64,000 nucleotides of DNA, taken from the NCBI GenBank assembly GCA_045597865.1, contig JAZLKX010000025.1, positions 320,001 to 384,000 of the forward strand. Reading direction: 5' to 3'. This DNA is from Bacilli bacterium. GTDB lineage: Bacteria; Bacillota_I; Bacilli_A; RFN20; CAG-826. Position numbers and translations under genes: made by a program. The notes below the pieces were generated by a model. It was not told the origin of the DNA. It made no database searches and saw only the letters and a list, made by a program, of their open reading frames with translations. Positions 30,915-40,464 of the stretch are shown in pieces (positions within the stretch are counted from its first letter, which is position 1; every line of letters starts with the position of its first letter).

Positions 30915-31414
30915 AATTCCTGTGACCAACCATGACCAATATCCCAGTGTTCATCGATGATGAACTCTGTTTTATTTTTAGGCAATTGAAATACATCAAG
31001 AATTATATCTTTTGCTTCTGGATATTTACCAATCCAGTTTCCTACAAACACTTTAAAACCTTCATTTTCAAATTCAAAAACTCTGCCTCTAGGTTTTTGG
31101 GTGTAATCACCTTGGAATCTTGGATCTTTTTTTCTGAAAAATTCCTTTTCCCAAATGCTTTGATGTAAAGCACTACCAGTTCTTACATTTTTATTCCATA
31201 TTTTAGAATTATAAAATGGTCTGTCTTTTGCTAAAGCAACAACATAACCATAAAGTTCTTGTTTCTTTGGGTCATACCAAAAAGGACCAATGTATGCTTC
31301 ATCTTGTTCATCAAAACTAGCAATCATTGCATCAATTGCTACATTTTTGGAGGCTGAATGACCGCCAGTACGAATATTCAACCTTTTGTCGCCTGATAAA
31401 AGTTTTTCTTTCAT
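30911..31414 (-). CDS. Hypothetical protein (GPFWY / H-xx-IW / PRGRV motifs)
   Basis: Open frame with conserved-looking aromatic/His motifs; ATG 31414 preferred to the upstream TTG. Confidence 0.65.
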   Translation of the reverse strand: MKEKLLSGDKRLNIRTGGHSASKNVAIDAMIASFDEQDEAYIGPFWYDPKKQELYGYVVALAKDRPFYNSKIWNKNVRTGSALHQSIWEKEFFRKKDPRFQGDYTQKPRGRVFEFENEGFKVFVGNWIGKYPEAKDIILDVFQLPKNKTEFIIDEHWDIGHGWSQEF

Positions 31415-31477
31415 AATAATAATATTACTATAGTTATAAACTTTAGACAATATTATTATATTAATATTTTAAAAAGA

Positions 31478-31505
31478 AAAAAAGAAAAGGAAGCAAGCTT
31501 CCTTT
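31478..31505 (-). terminator. Intrinsic terminator downstream of pfkA and the micro-ORF
   Basis: - strand AAAGGAAGC-TT-GCTTCCTTTTC followed by poly-U. Confidence 0.75.
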
Positions 31506-31527
31506 AATATAGATACGAGTTTCCTCG

Positions 31528-31560
31528 TTATTTAAGGTTAGGTGAAATTGATTTTTTCAT
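31528..31560 (-). CDS. Putative 10-aa micro-ORF MKKSISPNLK (or small RNA)
   Basis: TATAAT at 31590-31585, AAAGGAG SD about 9 nt before ATG, TAA stop, then two hairpins. Confidence 0.4.
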   Translation of the reverse strand: MKKSISPNLK

Positions 31561-31599
31561 ATTTCACGTCTCCTTTATGCAACTATTATAACTTTGTTA

Positions 31600-32562
31600 T
31601 TATCTATTAACAAGTTTTAAAATGTGTAAGAGATCTTTGTGGATGTCTCTTTCCATATTGAATGCTTCTTCAAATGGAACTCTTTTGATTTCTCCACCGA
31701 ATAAACCGAGCGCTACTGATGAATCGCCGTCGATAATTGCTTGAACAGCTTCAACACCGAATCTTGTAGCAATAATACGATCATGTGCAGTTGGGCTTCC
31801 ACCTCTTTGGAGGTGACCAAGAACTTCTGCTCTACATTCAATGCCAGTTCTTTCTGTAACTTTTTTAGCGAAATCAAAGATATTTGGGAAAATCTTTTCA
31901 GAAACAATGACTAAAGCGTGTTTTTTCTTACCGCCTTTAAGTGATTTAAGTTTGTTAACAACATCTTCTTCAGTGTATGGGTGGTCATTTGAAATAACAA
32001 TTTCAACGCCTTCTGCTAAACCTGAGTAAAGTGCTAAATCACCACATTTGTTACCCATGACTTCGATAAATGTACATCTTGCGTGTGATGCTGAAGTATC
32101 TCTAATTTTATCAACACAATCACAGATTGTATTTTGACAAGTATCAAACCCGATACATTCTTGAGTTGAACAAACATCGTTATCAATTGATGCTGGAATA
32201 CCAATTGTGTGAATTCCTTTAGCTGCTAAATCTTTAGCACCTCTATAAGTTCCATCACCACCAATGACAATCAAAGAATCAATTCCGTATGACTCAAGTT
32301 GTTTGATAGCCATTTTTTGGATTGCTTCTTCCTTGAATTCTGGAAGTCTAGCAGATCTAAGAATTGTGCCACCTCTATTGATTGTGTCAGAAACAAAGTT
32401 TCTGTCAACTGGTTCAATACGGCCTTCAACAAGTCCTTTGAAACCTTCATAGACAACGAACATTTCACAGCCTTGTTTAATTCCTGAACGAACAACAGCA
32501 CGAACACAAGCGTTCATGCCTGGTGCGTCACCACCTGAAGTTAAAACTGCAATTTTTGGCAT
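31600..32562 (-). CDS. pfkA: ATP-dependent 6-phosphofructokinase
   Basis: TSGGDAPGMNA, IGGDGT, SIDND, EVMG, LGHLQRGG. Confidence 0.97.
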   Translation of the reverse strand: MPKIAVLTSGGDAPGMNACVRAVVRSGIKQGCEMFVVYEGFKGLVEGRIEPVDRNFVSDTINRGGTILRSARLPEFKEEAIQKMAIKQLESYGIDSLIVIGGDGTYRGAKDLAAKGIHTIGIPASIDNDVCSTQECIGFDTCQNTICDCVDKIRDTSASHARCTFIEVMGNKCGDLALYSGLAEGVEIVISNDHPYTEEDVVNKLKSLKGGKKKHALVIVSEKIFPNIFDFAKKVTERTGIECRAEVLGHLQRGGSPTAHDRIIATRFGVEAVQAIIDGDSSVALGLFGGEIKRVPFEEAFNMERDIHKDLLHILKLVNR

Positions 32563-32626
32563 AGTTTTATAGCTCCTTTTTCTGAAAGATTAGCAATATA
32601 ATAACACAAACAATTTATAAAAAAAT

Positions 32627-32640
32627 TGTAAGTGTTACCA
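32627..32640. promoter_or_regulatory. cre-like (CcpA/LacI) site upstream of pfkA
   Basis: TGTAAGTGTTACCA, differing from the cre consensus at the central C. Confidence 0.4.
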
Positions 32641-32649
32641 AGTAAAAGA

Positions 32650-32674
32650 AAAATGAGGACATAGTCCTCATTTT
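32650..32674. terminator. adhE terminator
   Basis: AAAATGAGGAC-ATA-GTCCTCATTTT perfect inverted repeat. Confidence 0.8.
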
Positions 32675-32692
32675 ATTTTTTTCTTATAGGTT

Positions 32693-35311
32693 TTATAACT
32701 TAAAACCTTTATAAGCTTGTTTCAAGATTGCCTTCATATCCTCAACCATTGGAACTCTTGGGTTTGCTGGTGAGCATTGATCTTCGTATGCAAGCATTGC
32801 GATTCTGTCTAAGTGTTTATTCCACTCTTTTTCGTCAATGCCACATGCTTTGAAGTTCATATCTAAGCCAATCTCTTTTCCAAGGTCATCACATGCTTCA
32901 GCAAGTGATCTAACACCTTCTTCAGGAGTTTTTGCTGGTAAACCAAGAAGTTTTGCGATTTCTTGGTATTTCTTATCTGCACAATAATGATTGTACTTTG
33001 GCCAGACAGCAAGTTTGGTTGGAACTTGACCGTTGTACATAATGACGTGTGGTAAGAGAATGCCACATGCTAAACCGTGTACAACATGGAATTCAGCGCC
33101 TACTTTATGAGCCATAGAGTGGGTCATTCCTAAGAAAGCGTTAGCAAATGCCATACCTGCAATTGTTGCAGCATTGTGCATTTTTTCACGTGCTTCTAAG
33201 TCATTTTTACCATCTTTAACAGCTCTTGGTAAGTACTCAAATACGAGTTGAATAGCCTTTAAGGCTAAACCATCAGTAAAGTCACTTGCCATAACTGAAG
33301 TATAAGCTTCAATAGCGTGAGTTAAGACGTCCATACCAGTCATAGCAGTTGGTCTTGCTGGAAGGTTTGTTGTAAATTCTGGATCAATAATTGCGACAGT
33401 TGGAGTTAAAGCATAGTCTGCAAGAGGATATTTCTTGTTATTTGCTTTATCTGAAATAACTGCGAATGGAGTAACTTCTGAACCTGTACCAGAGGTTGTT
33501 GGAATACAAATTAAACGTGATTTTGCACCAAGCTCTGGGTATTTAAAGGCTCTCTTACGAATGTCCATGAATTTTTGTTTGATATCGTCGAAGTTAACTT
33601 CTGGGTGTTCATAGAACAACCACATACCTTTAGCAGCATCCATGACTGAACCACCACCAAGTGCAATAATTGCATCTGGTTGGAAGATTTTCATCATTTC
33701 AGTACCTTTTCTGACTGTTGAAATATCTGGATCTGGTTCAACATCGCAGAATAACTGCATCGTAACTTTGTTACGTCTCATATTTAATTGGTCTGCGATT
33801 TTCTTAAAGAAACCGAATTGAACCATTGAAGTATCGGTAACAATAAAGACTTTATTTAAATCTTTACAGCTTTGTAAATATTGTATTGAATTGCGTTCGA
33901 AGTAAATCTTACGCGGAACTTTAAACCACTGCACTGTATTTCTCCTTTTGCCAACTTTCTTGACATTTAATAGGTTAACGGCACTTACGTTACCGCCAAT
34001 TGAGTTTTTACCATAACTACCACAACCAAGGGTTAAGCTTGGAAGGAATGAGTTATAAACATTACCAATACCACCAAAGGTGGATGGTGAATTCCAAATG
34101 ATTCTCATAGCTTTACAATTTTCGCCATAAGCATCAGCCATAGCTTGTTCTTTACAATGAATTGAAGCACTATGACCTAGACCATTAAATTCAACCATTT
34201 CAGCAGCGCGTTTAAAGCCTTCTTTATCATCTTTTACCTTGTAAACAGCAAGAACTGGTGAAAGTTTTTCTCTAGACATTGGTTCTTTTGGACCAACCTC
34301 TTTACACTCACAAGCAAGAACTGCTGTATCTTTTGGAACATCAAAACCAGCTTGTTTTGCAATCCAAACGGCAGATTGACCTGCAACAACTGAATTTAAA
34401 CGAGCTTGTTCGACGTCTTTATCTCCTTTTGCATAACCAAATAAGAAACGTGAAAGTTTTGCTTTTTCCTCAGCATTTACAAAGTAAACTTTGAATCTCT
34501 TGAACATTTCAACAGCTTCTTTATAAATTTCTTCATCAATAATTGCGGCTGATTCTGAAGCACAAATCATGCCGTTGTCAAATGCTTTGGAAAGTGTAAT
34601 GTCGTTTACTGCTTGTTCGACATCACAAGATTTATTCATGTATGCAGGAACATTACCTGCGCCAACACCCATTGCTGGTTTACCGCAGCTATAAGCTGCA
34701 TTAACCATTGCGTTACCACCAGTTGCAAGAATTGTTGCAACACCTGGGTGATGCATTAATGCGGTTGTAGCATCCATGCTTGGGTGCTCAATCCATTGAA
34801 TACAATTCTTTGGTGCACCAGCTGCTTCAGCAGCTTCTTTCATAACAATAGCAGCTGCTTTTGAAGATTCTTGTGCACTTGGGTGGAAACCAAAGATAAT
34901 TGGGTTTCTAGTTTTCAAACAAATCAAAGATTTGAAAATAACTGTCGAGGTTGGATTTGTAACAGGAGTAACACCTGCAACAACGCCAATTGGATCTGCT
35001 ATTTCAGTAATACCAGTAACTGGGTCTTCTGAAATAACACCAACAGTCTTAAGGTGTCTCATATTATTTTGAACGTATTCGCAAGCGAATAAATTCTTGG
35101 TGGCTTTGTCTTCAAAGACACCGCGTTTTGTTTCTTCAACTGCTAATTGAGCTAAAGAACCATGATGATCAAGACCTGCGACACAGCATTTTGCAACAAT
35201 GTGGTCTATTTGTTCTTGATCAAGAAGCAAAAACTCATCAAGTGCTTTTTGAGCATTCTTGACAAGAGCATCTACTTCTTCTTGAGGACTTAAAATAGTT
35301 TCTTTTGCCAT
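32693..35311 (-). CDS. adhE: Bifunctional acetaldehyde-CoA/alcohol dehydrogenase
   Basis: ALDH domain (PVTNPTST, FDNGMICASE) plus Fe-ADH domain (GGGSVMD, TTSGTGSE, HSMAH). Confidence 0.98.
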   Translation of the reverse strand: MAKETILSPQEEVDALVKNAQKALDEFLLLDQEQIDHIVAKCCVAGLDHHGSLAQLAVEETKRGVFEDKATKNLFACEYVQNNMRHLKTVGVISEDPVTGITEIADPIGVVAGVTPVTNPTSTVIFKSLICLKTRNPIIFGFHPSAQESSKAAAIVMKEAAEAAGAPKNCIQWIEHPSMDATTALMHHPGVATILATGGNAMVNAAYSCGKPAMGVGAGNVPAYMNKSCDVEQAVNDITLSKAFDNGMICASESAAIIDEEIYKEAVEMFKRFKVYFVNAEEKAKLSRFLFGYAKGDKDVEQARLNSVVAGQSAVWIAKQAGFDVPKDTAVLACECKEVGPKEPMSREKLSPVLAVYKVKDDKEGFKRAAEMVEFNGLGHSASIHCKEQAMADAYGENCKAMRIIWNSPSTFGGIGNVYNSFLPSLTLGCGSYGKNSIGGNVSAVNLLNVKKVGKRRNTVQWFKVPRKIYFERNSIQYLQSCKDLNKVFIVTDTSMVQFGFFKKIADQLNMRRNKVTMQLFCDVEPDPDISTVRKGTEMMKIFQPDAIIALGGGSVMDAAKGMWLFYEHPEVNFDDIKQKFMDIRKRAFKYPELGAKSRLICIPTTSGTGSEVTPFAVISDKANNKKYPLADYALTPTVAIIDPEFTTNLPARPTAMTGMDVLTHAIEAYTSVMASDFTDGLALKAIQLVFEYLPRAVKDGKNDLEAREKMHNAATIAGMAFANAFLGMTHSMAHKVGAEFHVVHGLACGILLPHVIMYNGQVPTKLAVWPKYNHYCADKKYQEIAKLLGLPAKTPEEGVRSLAEACDDLGKEIGLDMNFKACGIDEKEWNKHLDRIAMLAYEDQCSPANPRVPMVEDMKAILKQAYKGFKL

Positions 35312-35314
35312 ACA

Positions 35315-35941
35315 CTATTCTCCTTTATTTAATTTATGTGAAAGTATTGCAAGAGAAGATGCTAAGTTAACATTTTCTACTACAACACTATCAGGAACAT
35401 CTAAACGTACTGGAACATAGTTCCAAATTCCTTTAATTCCACCTTTAACAAGCTTCTTTGCAACTTGATTTACAACACTTGCAGGAACTGTAAGAATTGC
35501 AATCTTTGCACTTAAAAGTGGTAAGACAGATTCAATTTCTTTCATATCGTAAATGTGCTTATGATTTACTTGTGTGCCAATTAAAGATTTATCGACATCA
35601 AAACCAGCAATGATATCTAAACCATATTTTTCAAAACCTTTATAGTTTAAAAATGCTTGCCCTAAATGACCACAGCCAATAACTACTGCTTTTGTGGAAT
35701 CTTTGTAACCTAAGAAATTTCCAATGTCTTGAATTAATTCAAGAACATCACGTCCTGATTTAGGTTTTCCTTCTTTTGAAGTAACAACTTGGAGATCTTT
35801 TCTAACTTGCTCTTCTGAAAGTTGTAAAGCTCTAGCAATAGCTGGAGCTGAAATATTTTTGACGCCTGAATCTCTTAAAATGAACAAATATCTTAAGTAA
35901 ATTGGGAATCTCTCTAATTGTCTTTTTGAAATCTTTGTCAT
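35315..35941 (-). CDS. rex: Redox-sensing repressor Rex
   Basis: RFPIYLR, QVRKDL, IGCGHLG Rossmann motif, GIWNYVP. Confidence 0.93.
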   Translation of the reverse strand: MTKISKRQLERFPIYLRYLFILRDSGVKNISAPAIARALQLSEEQVRKDLQVVTSKEGKPKSGRDVLELIQDIGNFLGYKDSTKAVVIGCGHLGQAFLNYKGFEKYGLDIIAGFDVDKSLIGTQVNHKHIYDMKEIESVLPLLSAKIAILTVPASVVNQVAKKLVKGGIKGIWNYVPVRLDVPDSVVVENVNLASSLAILSHKLNKGE

Positions 35942-36037
35942 ATTTATCGGTAATTTTATACTGATTTAACAGCACTAATATTATACACACGCTATAATAA
36001 ATAAATCAATATTTTTTTACTGATATATTTTGCTAAG

Positions 36038-36060
36038 AAAAAATCCCAATTAAGGGATTC
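36038..36060 (-). terminator. Terminator at the end of the carbohydrate operon
   Basis: AATCCC-AATTAA-GGGATT with a U-tract on the - strand. Confidence 0.6.
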
Positions 36061-36062
36061 TT

Positions 36063-37436
36063 CTATTTTGCTAATGAGGCCGCTGCTATCGATTGCCCTA
36101 CTCTTCGCATGTATTCACTTGGAGTACAAAGATTAATATTTTTATATTCAGGGAACTCAACTTTGAGTGTTTCTTTTGCAGTTTCAAGAATGATGTCTCC
36201 CCCTACATCAGACATAACTCTTCCAAGCAACATCAAGTGTTTAATTTCATAGAATTCAGCGTAGTAAGCAATCGTATATGCAAGATAAACACCAATTGTT
36301 CTAAAGATGTTAAAAACATCTTCATCTCTTTCTTTTGCAAGCTTTTGAACGGCTTTAAGTTTCTCACCAAGACTAATTCCTTCACTAAATTTAACGCCAA
36401 TTTGTTCAGCAAGTCTAATAACTGCATCTTGAGAAAAATATTTACAACCTACACCTACATCATGTGACCACTCATCAAGTGGTGCATTTTCTTGAAAATC
36501 AACTGGGACAAATGCAAGTTCAGATAACCAGCCATTTAAATTGCCATCTTTATTAACGTATCCAACAGCTTCACTTGTACCCATTGCAATGCCTAAAACA
36601 CAATTATCTTTTAGATCTAATGCTCCTGCTAATGCAGTAACATCACCATCATTTGCAATTACATATGGAATCTTATGACCAAGTTCTTTTTCAAGTCTTT
36701 CAATGGTGTTAATATAAACACCTTTTACTCTTTCAAAGTCAGACTTCTTTGTTTTTATAAACAAAGACGAAACCATTGGTCTATTATTAATAATAACTCC
36801 TGCAGTTGAAACTCCGATGTAATCTACATCACCACCAAGTTTATCAATTGAAGTTTTAAACGCCTTGTAAATCTCATCGTAATGGTATTGAACATCTTCT
36901 TGAAGTTTTGGTTGCCATACTACTTCTTCAGAATATATTGTTTTACCATTTAAAACTGCAGATGTTTTTCTATCGCTACCACCAGCATCAAATCCAATAC
37001 GTTTTCCGTTTAAATTACCGCCTAAAGGTACTGAACAAGATTTTTCAGCTGGAATTGTCTCATAAGTGCATTCAACAACTTCTACAGGTCTTTCATAGCA
37101 GGTAGACATGAAATCATAATCAAAAGCTCTTGATCCGATCGGAGAATAGGATGATTTAATTGCTTCAAATACTTCATGAGAACCCGCTATGAAAATTTTA
37201 AATCCTCCTACCAACCAAAGGAGGGATTTAATAAATCTTTCAACAATAAAATTGTTGAGTTTGTCGTTGATACCTAAAGGTAAGATATCAAATTCACGTC
37301 TATAAATATAACCTTGATCTCTTTCAACAGCGATAATAATATGCTGTTTATTTTCAAAAGAAGAAACAAGTTTGTTAAATTCTCTAATTGCAATGATTGC
37401 AGGCTTAAATGTTGGATCTAAAATAGGCTTAATCAT
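36063..37436 (-). CDS. Atypical ROK-family protein (putative sugar kinase) with N-terminal extension
   Basis: GFDAGGSD, IGVSTAG, NDGDVTALA, AMGTSEAVG; no CxCGxxGC zinc motif. Confidence 0.75.
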   Translation of the reverse strand: MIKPILDPTFKPAIIAIREFNKLVSSFENKQHIIIAVERDQGYIYRREFDILPLGINDKLNNFIVERFIKSLLWLVGGFKIFIAGSHEVFEAIKSSYSPIGSRAFDYDFMSTCYERPVEVVECTYETIPAEKSCSVPLGGNLNGKRIGFDAGGSDRKTSAVLNGKTIYSEEVVWQPKLQEDVQYHYDEIYKAFKTSIDKLGGDVDYIGVSTAGVIINNRPMVSSLFIKTKKSDFERVKGVYINTIERLEKELGHKIPYVIANDGDVTALAGALDLKDNCVLGIAMGTSEAVGYVNKDGNLNGWLSELAFVPVDFQENAPLDEWSHDVGVGCKYFSQDAVIRLAEQIGVKFSEGISLGEKLKAVQKLAKERDEDVFNIFRTIGVYLAYTIAYYAEFYEIKHLMLLGRVMSDVGGDIILETAKETLKVEFPEYKNINLCTPSEYMRRVGQSIAAASLAK

Positions 37437-38563
37437 TATCTAACTCTTTCTCCAAGTTTATAAACTTCAGAGACATTAAGGTTCTCATCCAAAATAACTA
37501 AATCAGCAAGCTTGCCAACGGCAATCTCGCCTCTATCAGTTAAATGCAAAGATTTTGCAGCATTATATGAAGAAATTTTAGCAAGTTCACAAAGTGAAAG
37601 ACCGCAAACTTCTTTCATATTTCTAACACCTTTATCCATAGTTAAAAGTGAACCAGCTAATGGACCAGTCTTCAAATATGCTGCACCATTTTTAGCTTCA
37701 CAATCTAATCCGAAAAGCTGGAATTCTTTTATATTTGAATTCTTAATTTTTAAAGCATCGGTAATCATAATAATTCTATCTAATCCCACTACTTTAACAA
37801 ATGTTTTTAAAGTATCATCACAAACATGGATTCTATCGCAAATAAGCTCACAATTTAATTCATCAAAATAGAAAGCTGCATTCATAACACCAGGATTTCT
37901 ATGATGATATGGACTCATAGCGTTATGTGTATGTGTTAAATTGGTTAAACCAGCTTTCATAGCTTCTTCAACATTTTCAAATGTTGCATCGGCATGTCCG
38001 CAGGAACAAACAACGCCAAGCTTCACTGCTTCTTTAATGAATTTACAAGCATTTTTGTACTCAGGTGCTAAAGAAATATAACGAACAAGTCCGTTTGAAC
38101 TTTTACTAAGTTGTTTTAATTCTTTAACATCTGGTTTTCTAATGTATTTTTCGTTTTGAGCACCTTTATACTTAACTGAAATATAAGGTCCTTCTAAATG
38201 AATTCCATAAAGTGATGGATTTTCTTGACTTGCTTTAGCAACATTTTCACAAACCTTAGTTAATGATGCGTTATCACTTGTTAATGTAGTTGCTAAATAG
38301 GTTGTAACGCCTTCATTGTATAGAGATTCTGAAATTTTCTTGTAATCTTCAATGTTTGCATCCATAAAATCAATGCCTGCACTACCATGGACATGAACAT
38401 CAATAAAACCAGGCATAACAATTTTGCCTTTTGCATCTATAGCATTATCTTTTTTAAAGTATCTGCCTTTACAAACTTGGACAATTTTTCCTTTAGAAAA
38501 TTCGATAAAGCCATTTTCAATAACTTCATCTTTTAATACAATTTTTGCATTCTTAATAATCAT
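37436..38563 (-). CDS. nagA: N-acetylglucosamine-6-phosphate deacetylase
   Basis: PGFIDVHVHG, HLEGPY, KGAQ, GH, THTHNAM, ITDA, LAGS. Confidence 0.93.
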   Translation of the reverse strand: MIIKNAKIVLKDEVIENGFIEFSKGKIVQVCKGRYFKKDNAIDAKGKIVMPGFIDVHVHGSAGIDFMDANIEDYKKISESLYNEGVTTYLATTLTSDNASLTKVCENVAKASQENPSLYGIHLEGPYISVKYKGAQNEKYIRKPDVKELKQLSKSSNGLVRYISLAPEYKNACKFIKEAVKLGVVCSCGHADATFENVEEAMKAGLTNLTHTHNAMSPYHHRNPGVMNAAFYFDELNCELICDRIHVCDDTLKTFVKVVGLDRIIMITDALKIKNSNIKEFQLFGLDCEAKNGAAYLKTGPLAGSLLTMDKGVRNMKEVCGLSLCELAKISSYNAAKSLHLTDRGEIAVGKLADLVILDENLNVSEVYKLGERVR

Positions 38564-38566
38564 AGA

Positions 38567-39631
38567 TTATTGTCCTCCAATTATTTCGCTGGTGATTTTT
38601 ATATATTTATCAATATTTTCAATAATAGAAGTTGCTAAATTTAATTGGGTTCTAGCTCTATCTAGATTGTGCTCTGGATATTTTGTATGGAAATAAACAT
38701 CACCTTTAAGATAATCTTCAAGAAATCTCATTCCTAGTTCTGTTGAAATAATAAATGGCGCATATGGAAATAATTCTTTTTCCCGTTTAGTTAAAACTGA
38801 TTTTGTCTCGTTAAAATACGATTCTAAATAAGCTTTATAAATATCATAATTGCCAACTACAGTTTCGTAATTTAAAGTATCCTCTTTGTCTCCTGTAAAT
38901 AAGGAACGAAGAGCATCACCAAAATCATAAAGAATTGAACCAGGCATTACTGTGTCTAAATCAATAATGGATCTAAACTTATGAGTTTCTTCATCAAATA
39001 AAGCATTATTGATTTTAGGGTCATTGTGAGTAATGTGAAGTTTTACTTCACCGTTTTCTATTCCATCAGTTATTAATGACAATTTTTCTTTATATTTTTC
39101 AATAATTGCAATTTCTCTTTGAACTTTATTTAACCTGACAATTTTATCTTCTTTGATAGCTACTAGTAAATCATTATAGCGTTTAGGAGTATCGTGGAAA
39201 TGGGGAATAACTTCTCCTAGTTTATTAGCATCTAAATCAGCAAGATTTTTATGGAACTTACCAAAAGCTTCTGCTGCAATTTTTACCATTTCAATACCAT
39301 CTTGTTTTTCGTAGGTTATTGTATAGTCCATAAAACGGTACATTCTAAAGAATTCGCCTTCTTCTTCAACATAGTATTTTCCATTGCAAGCTTTTATCAT
39401 CTGAAGTGTTTCAATGTTTTTATTTTTAAGATGGCTAGTAACTTGGTAAATGTTGTTCATCAAAAGATCAATGTCTTTAAATGCATAGTGATTAATTTTC
39501 TGGATTATAAAATATTCAAACTTTTTTGTTAAGACTAAAAAAGTAGAATTAATATGGCCGTTTCCATATCTTCTATAAGCAACGAAATCTTCGTTTGGTA
39601 GAAATTTATAAAATATTTTAACTAAATCCAT
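38567..39631 (-). CDS. APH-fold sugar kinase (NahK/MdsC-like N-acetylhexosamine 1-kinase)
   Basis: GNGHINST, QKIN, FHDTPKR, THNDPKINN, IDLDTVMPG, RFLEDYL.GD.YF; start placed at ATG 39631. Confidence 0.8.
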   Translation of the reverse strand: MDLVKIFYKFLPNEDFVAYRRYGNGHINSTFLVLTKKFEYFIIQKINHYAFKDIDLLMNNIYQVTSHLKNKNIETLQMIKACNGKYYVEEEGEFFRMYRFMDYTITYEKQDGIEMVKIAAEAFGKFHKNLADLDANKLGEVIPHFHDTPKRYNDLLVAIKEDKIVRLNKVQREIAIIEKYKEKLSLITDGIENGEVKLHITHNDPKINNALFDEETHKFRSIIDLDTVMPGSILYDFGDALRSLFTGDKEDTLNYETVVGNYDIYKAYLESYFNETKSVLTKREKELFPYAPFIISTELGMRFLEDYLKGDVYFHTKYPEHNLDRARTQLNLATSIIENIDKYIKITSEIIGGQ

Positions 39632-39638
39632 AAAATAA

Positions 39639-40451
39639 TTATCTAATTTTATAAATAAAATTAATACTTTCTTCAATCCAAGTTCTATTTTGCTTAATTG
39701 AATCAAAATCTGCATCTGCGTTATAAACGTTTCTATTAAAAAGAGATCCACCATGTGGTCCATTTTCAAAAACTAATAATTTGTTATAAACACCATTTTT
39801 TTCAAGTGCTTCAGCAAGCAAATAAGAATGGCTTGTCGGAACGCAAGCATCATTTTTAGTTGTAAAAATAAATGTTGGAGGATAATTTGAATCAACATTT
39901 TCTATAACACTTAATTTTTTAACAAGTTCTTCTTCATTACCAGAAATAATTTCTTTTGTGTGACTATTTGTACTTATGTACATACTAGTAACTGGATAAC
40001 CAAGTATTATTGAATAAGGTTTTAAATAATCTTTTTGAAGATTATAAAATTCTTCAAATTCTTTATATAAGTAAGCATATGAAGCAATTAAATGCCCTCC
40101 AGCAGAAAAACCTGCCATTGAGACTCTTTCTTGATCAATGTTTAAATCAGTACCATTCTTTTTAATGTAATCAAAAAGCACCGCTAATTCTAAATGTGGA
40201 AGATTATACTTTGTAAAGCAAGAATAATGTAGTACAAAACAATTAAAACCTTCAGACGCAAATCTTAAAGCAATTGGTTCGCCTTCACGTTGAGAGCAAA
40301 ACTCATAACCGCCACCGGGAACAATAATCATTGCTGGTCTAGGATCGATGTTAACCTCATAATCCTTATCATTAAGATAAATTTCGACAAATGATTCGCT
40401 TCCAACGTTAAGATTAGTAATTTCTTTGAGCATTAATTTTCTATAATCCAT
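39639..40451 (-). CDS. Alpha/beta hydrolase (acetyl esterase-like)
   Basis: PGGGY, GFSAGGH nucleophile elbow, D..V, GPHG. Confidence 0.88.
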   Translation of the reverse strand: MDYRKLMLKEITNLNVGSESFVEIYLNDKDYEVNIDPRPAMIIVPGGGYEFCSQREGEPIALRFASEGFNCFVLHYSCFTKYNLPHLELAVLFDYIKKNGTDLNIDQERVSMAGFSAGGHLIASYAYLYKEFEEFYNLQKDYLKPYSIILGYPVTSMYISTNSHTKEIISGNEEELVKKLSVIENVDSNYPPTFIFTTKNDACVPTSHSYLLAEALEKNGVYNKLLVFENGPHGGSLFNRNVYNADADFDSIKQNRTWIEESINFIYKIR

Positions 40452-40464
40452 ATTTAATCTCTTT

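Noticed and set aside
35942-36040. Rex operator upstream of rex-adhE (and TTAGCAA half-site near 32590 upstream of pfkA)
   Set aside because: Only half-site matches (TTGCTAA) to TTGTGAA-N4-TTCACAA; too weak to call in AT-rich DNA
38567-39769. Aminoglycoside phosphotransferase (resistance gene), 400 aa
   Set aside because: Motifs and the nagA context fit NahK/MdsC sugar kinases. The first 46 codons overlap the upstream esterase, so the start was moved to 39631.
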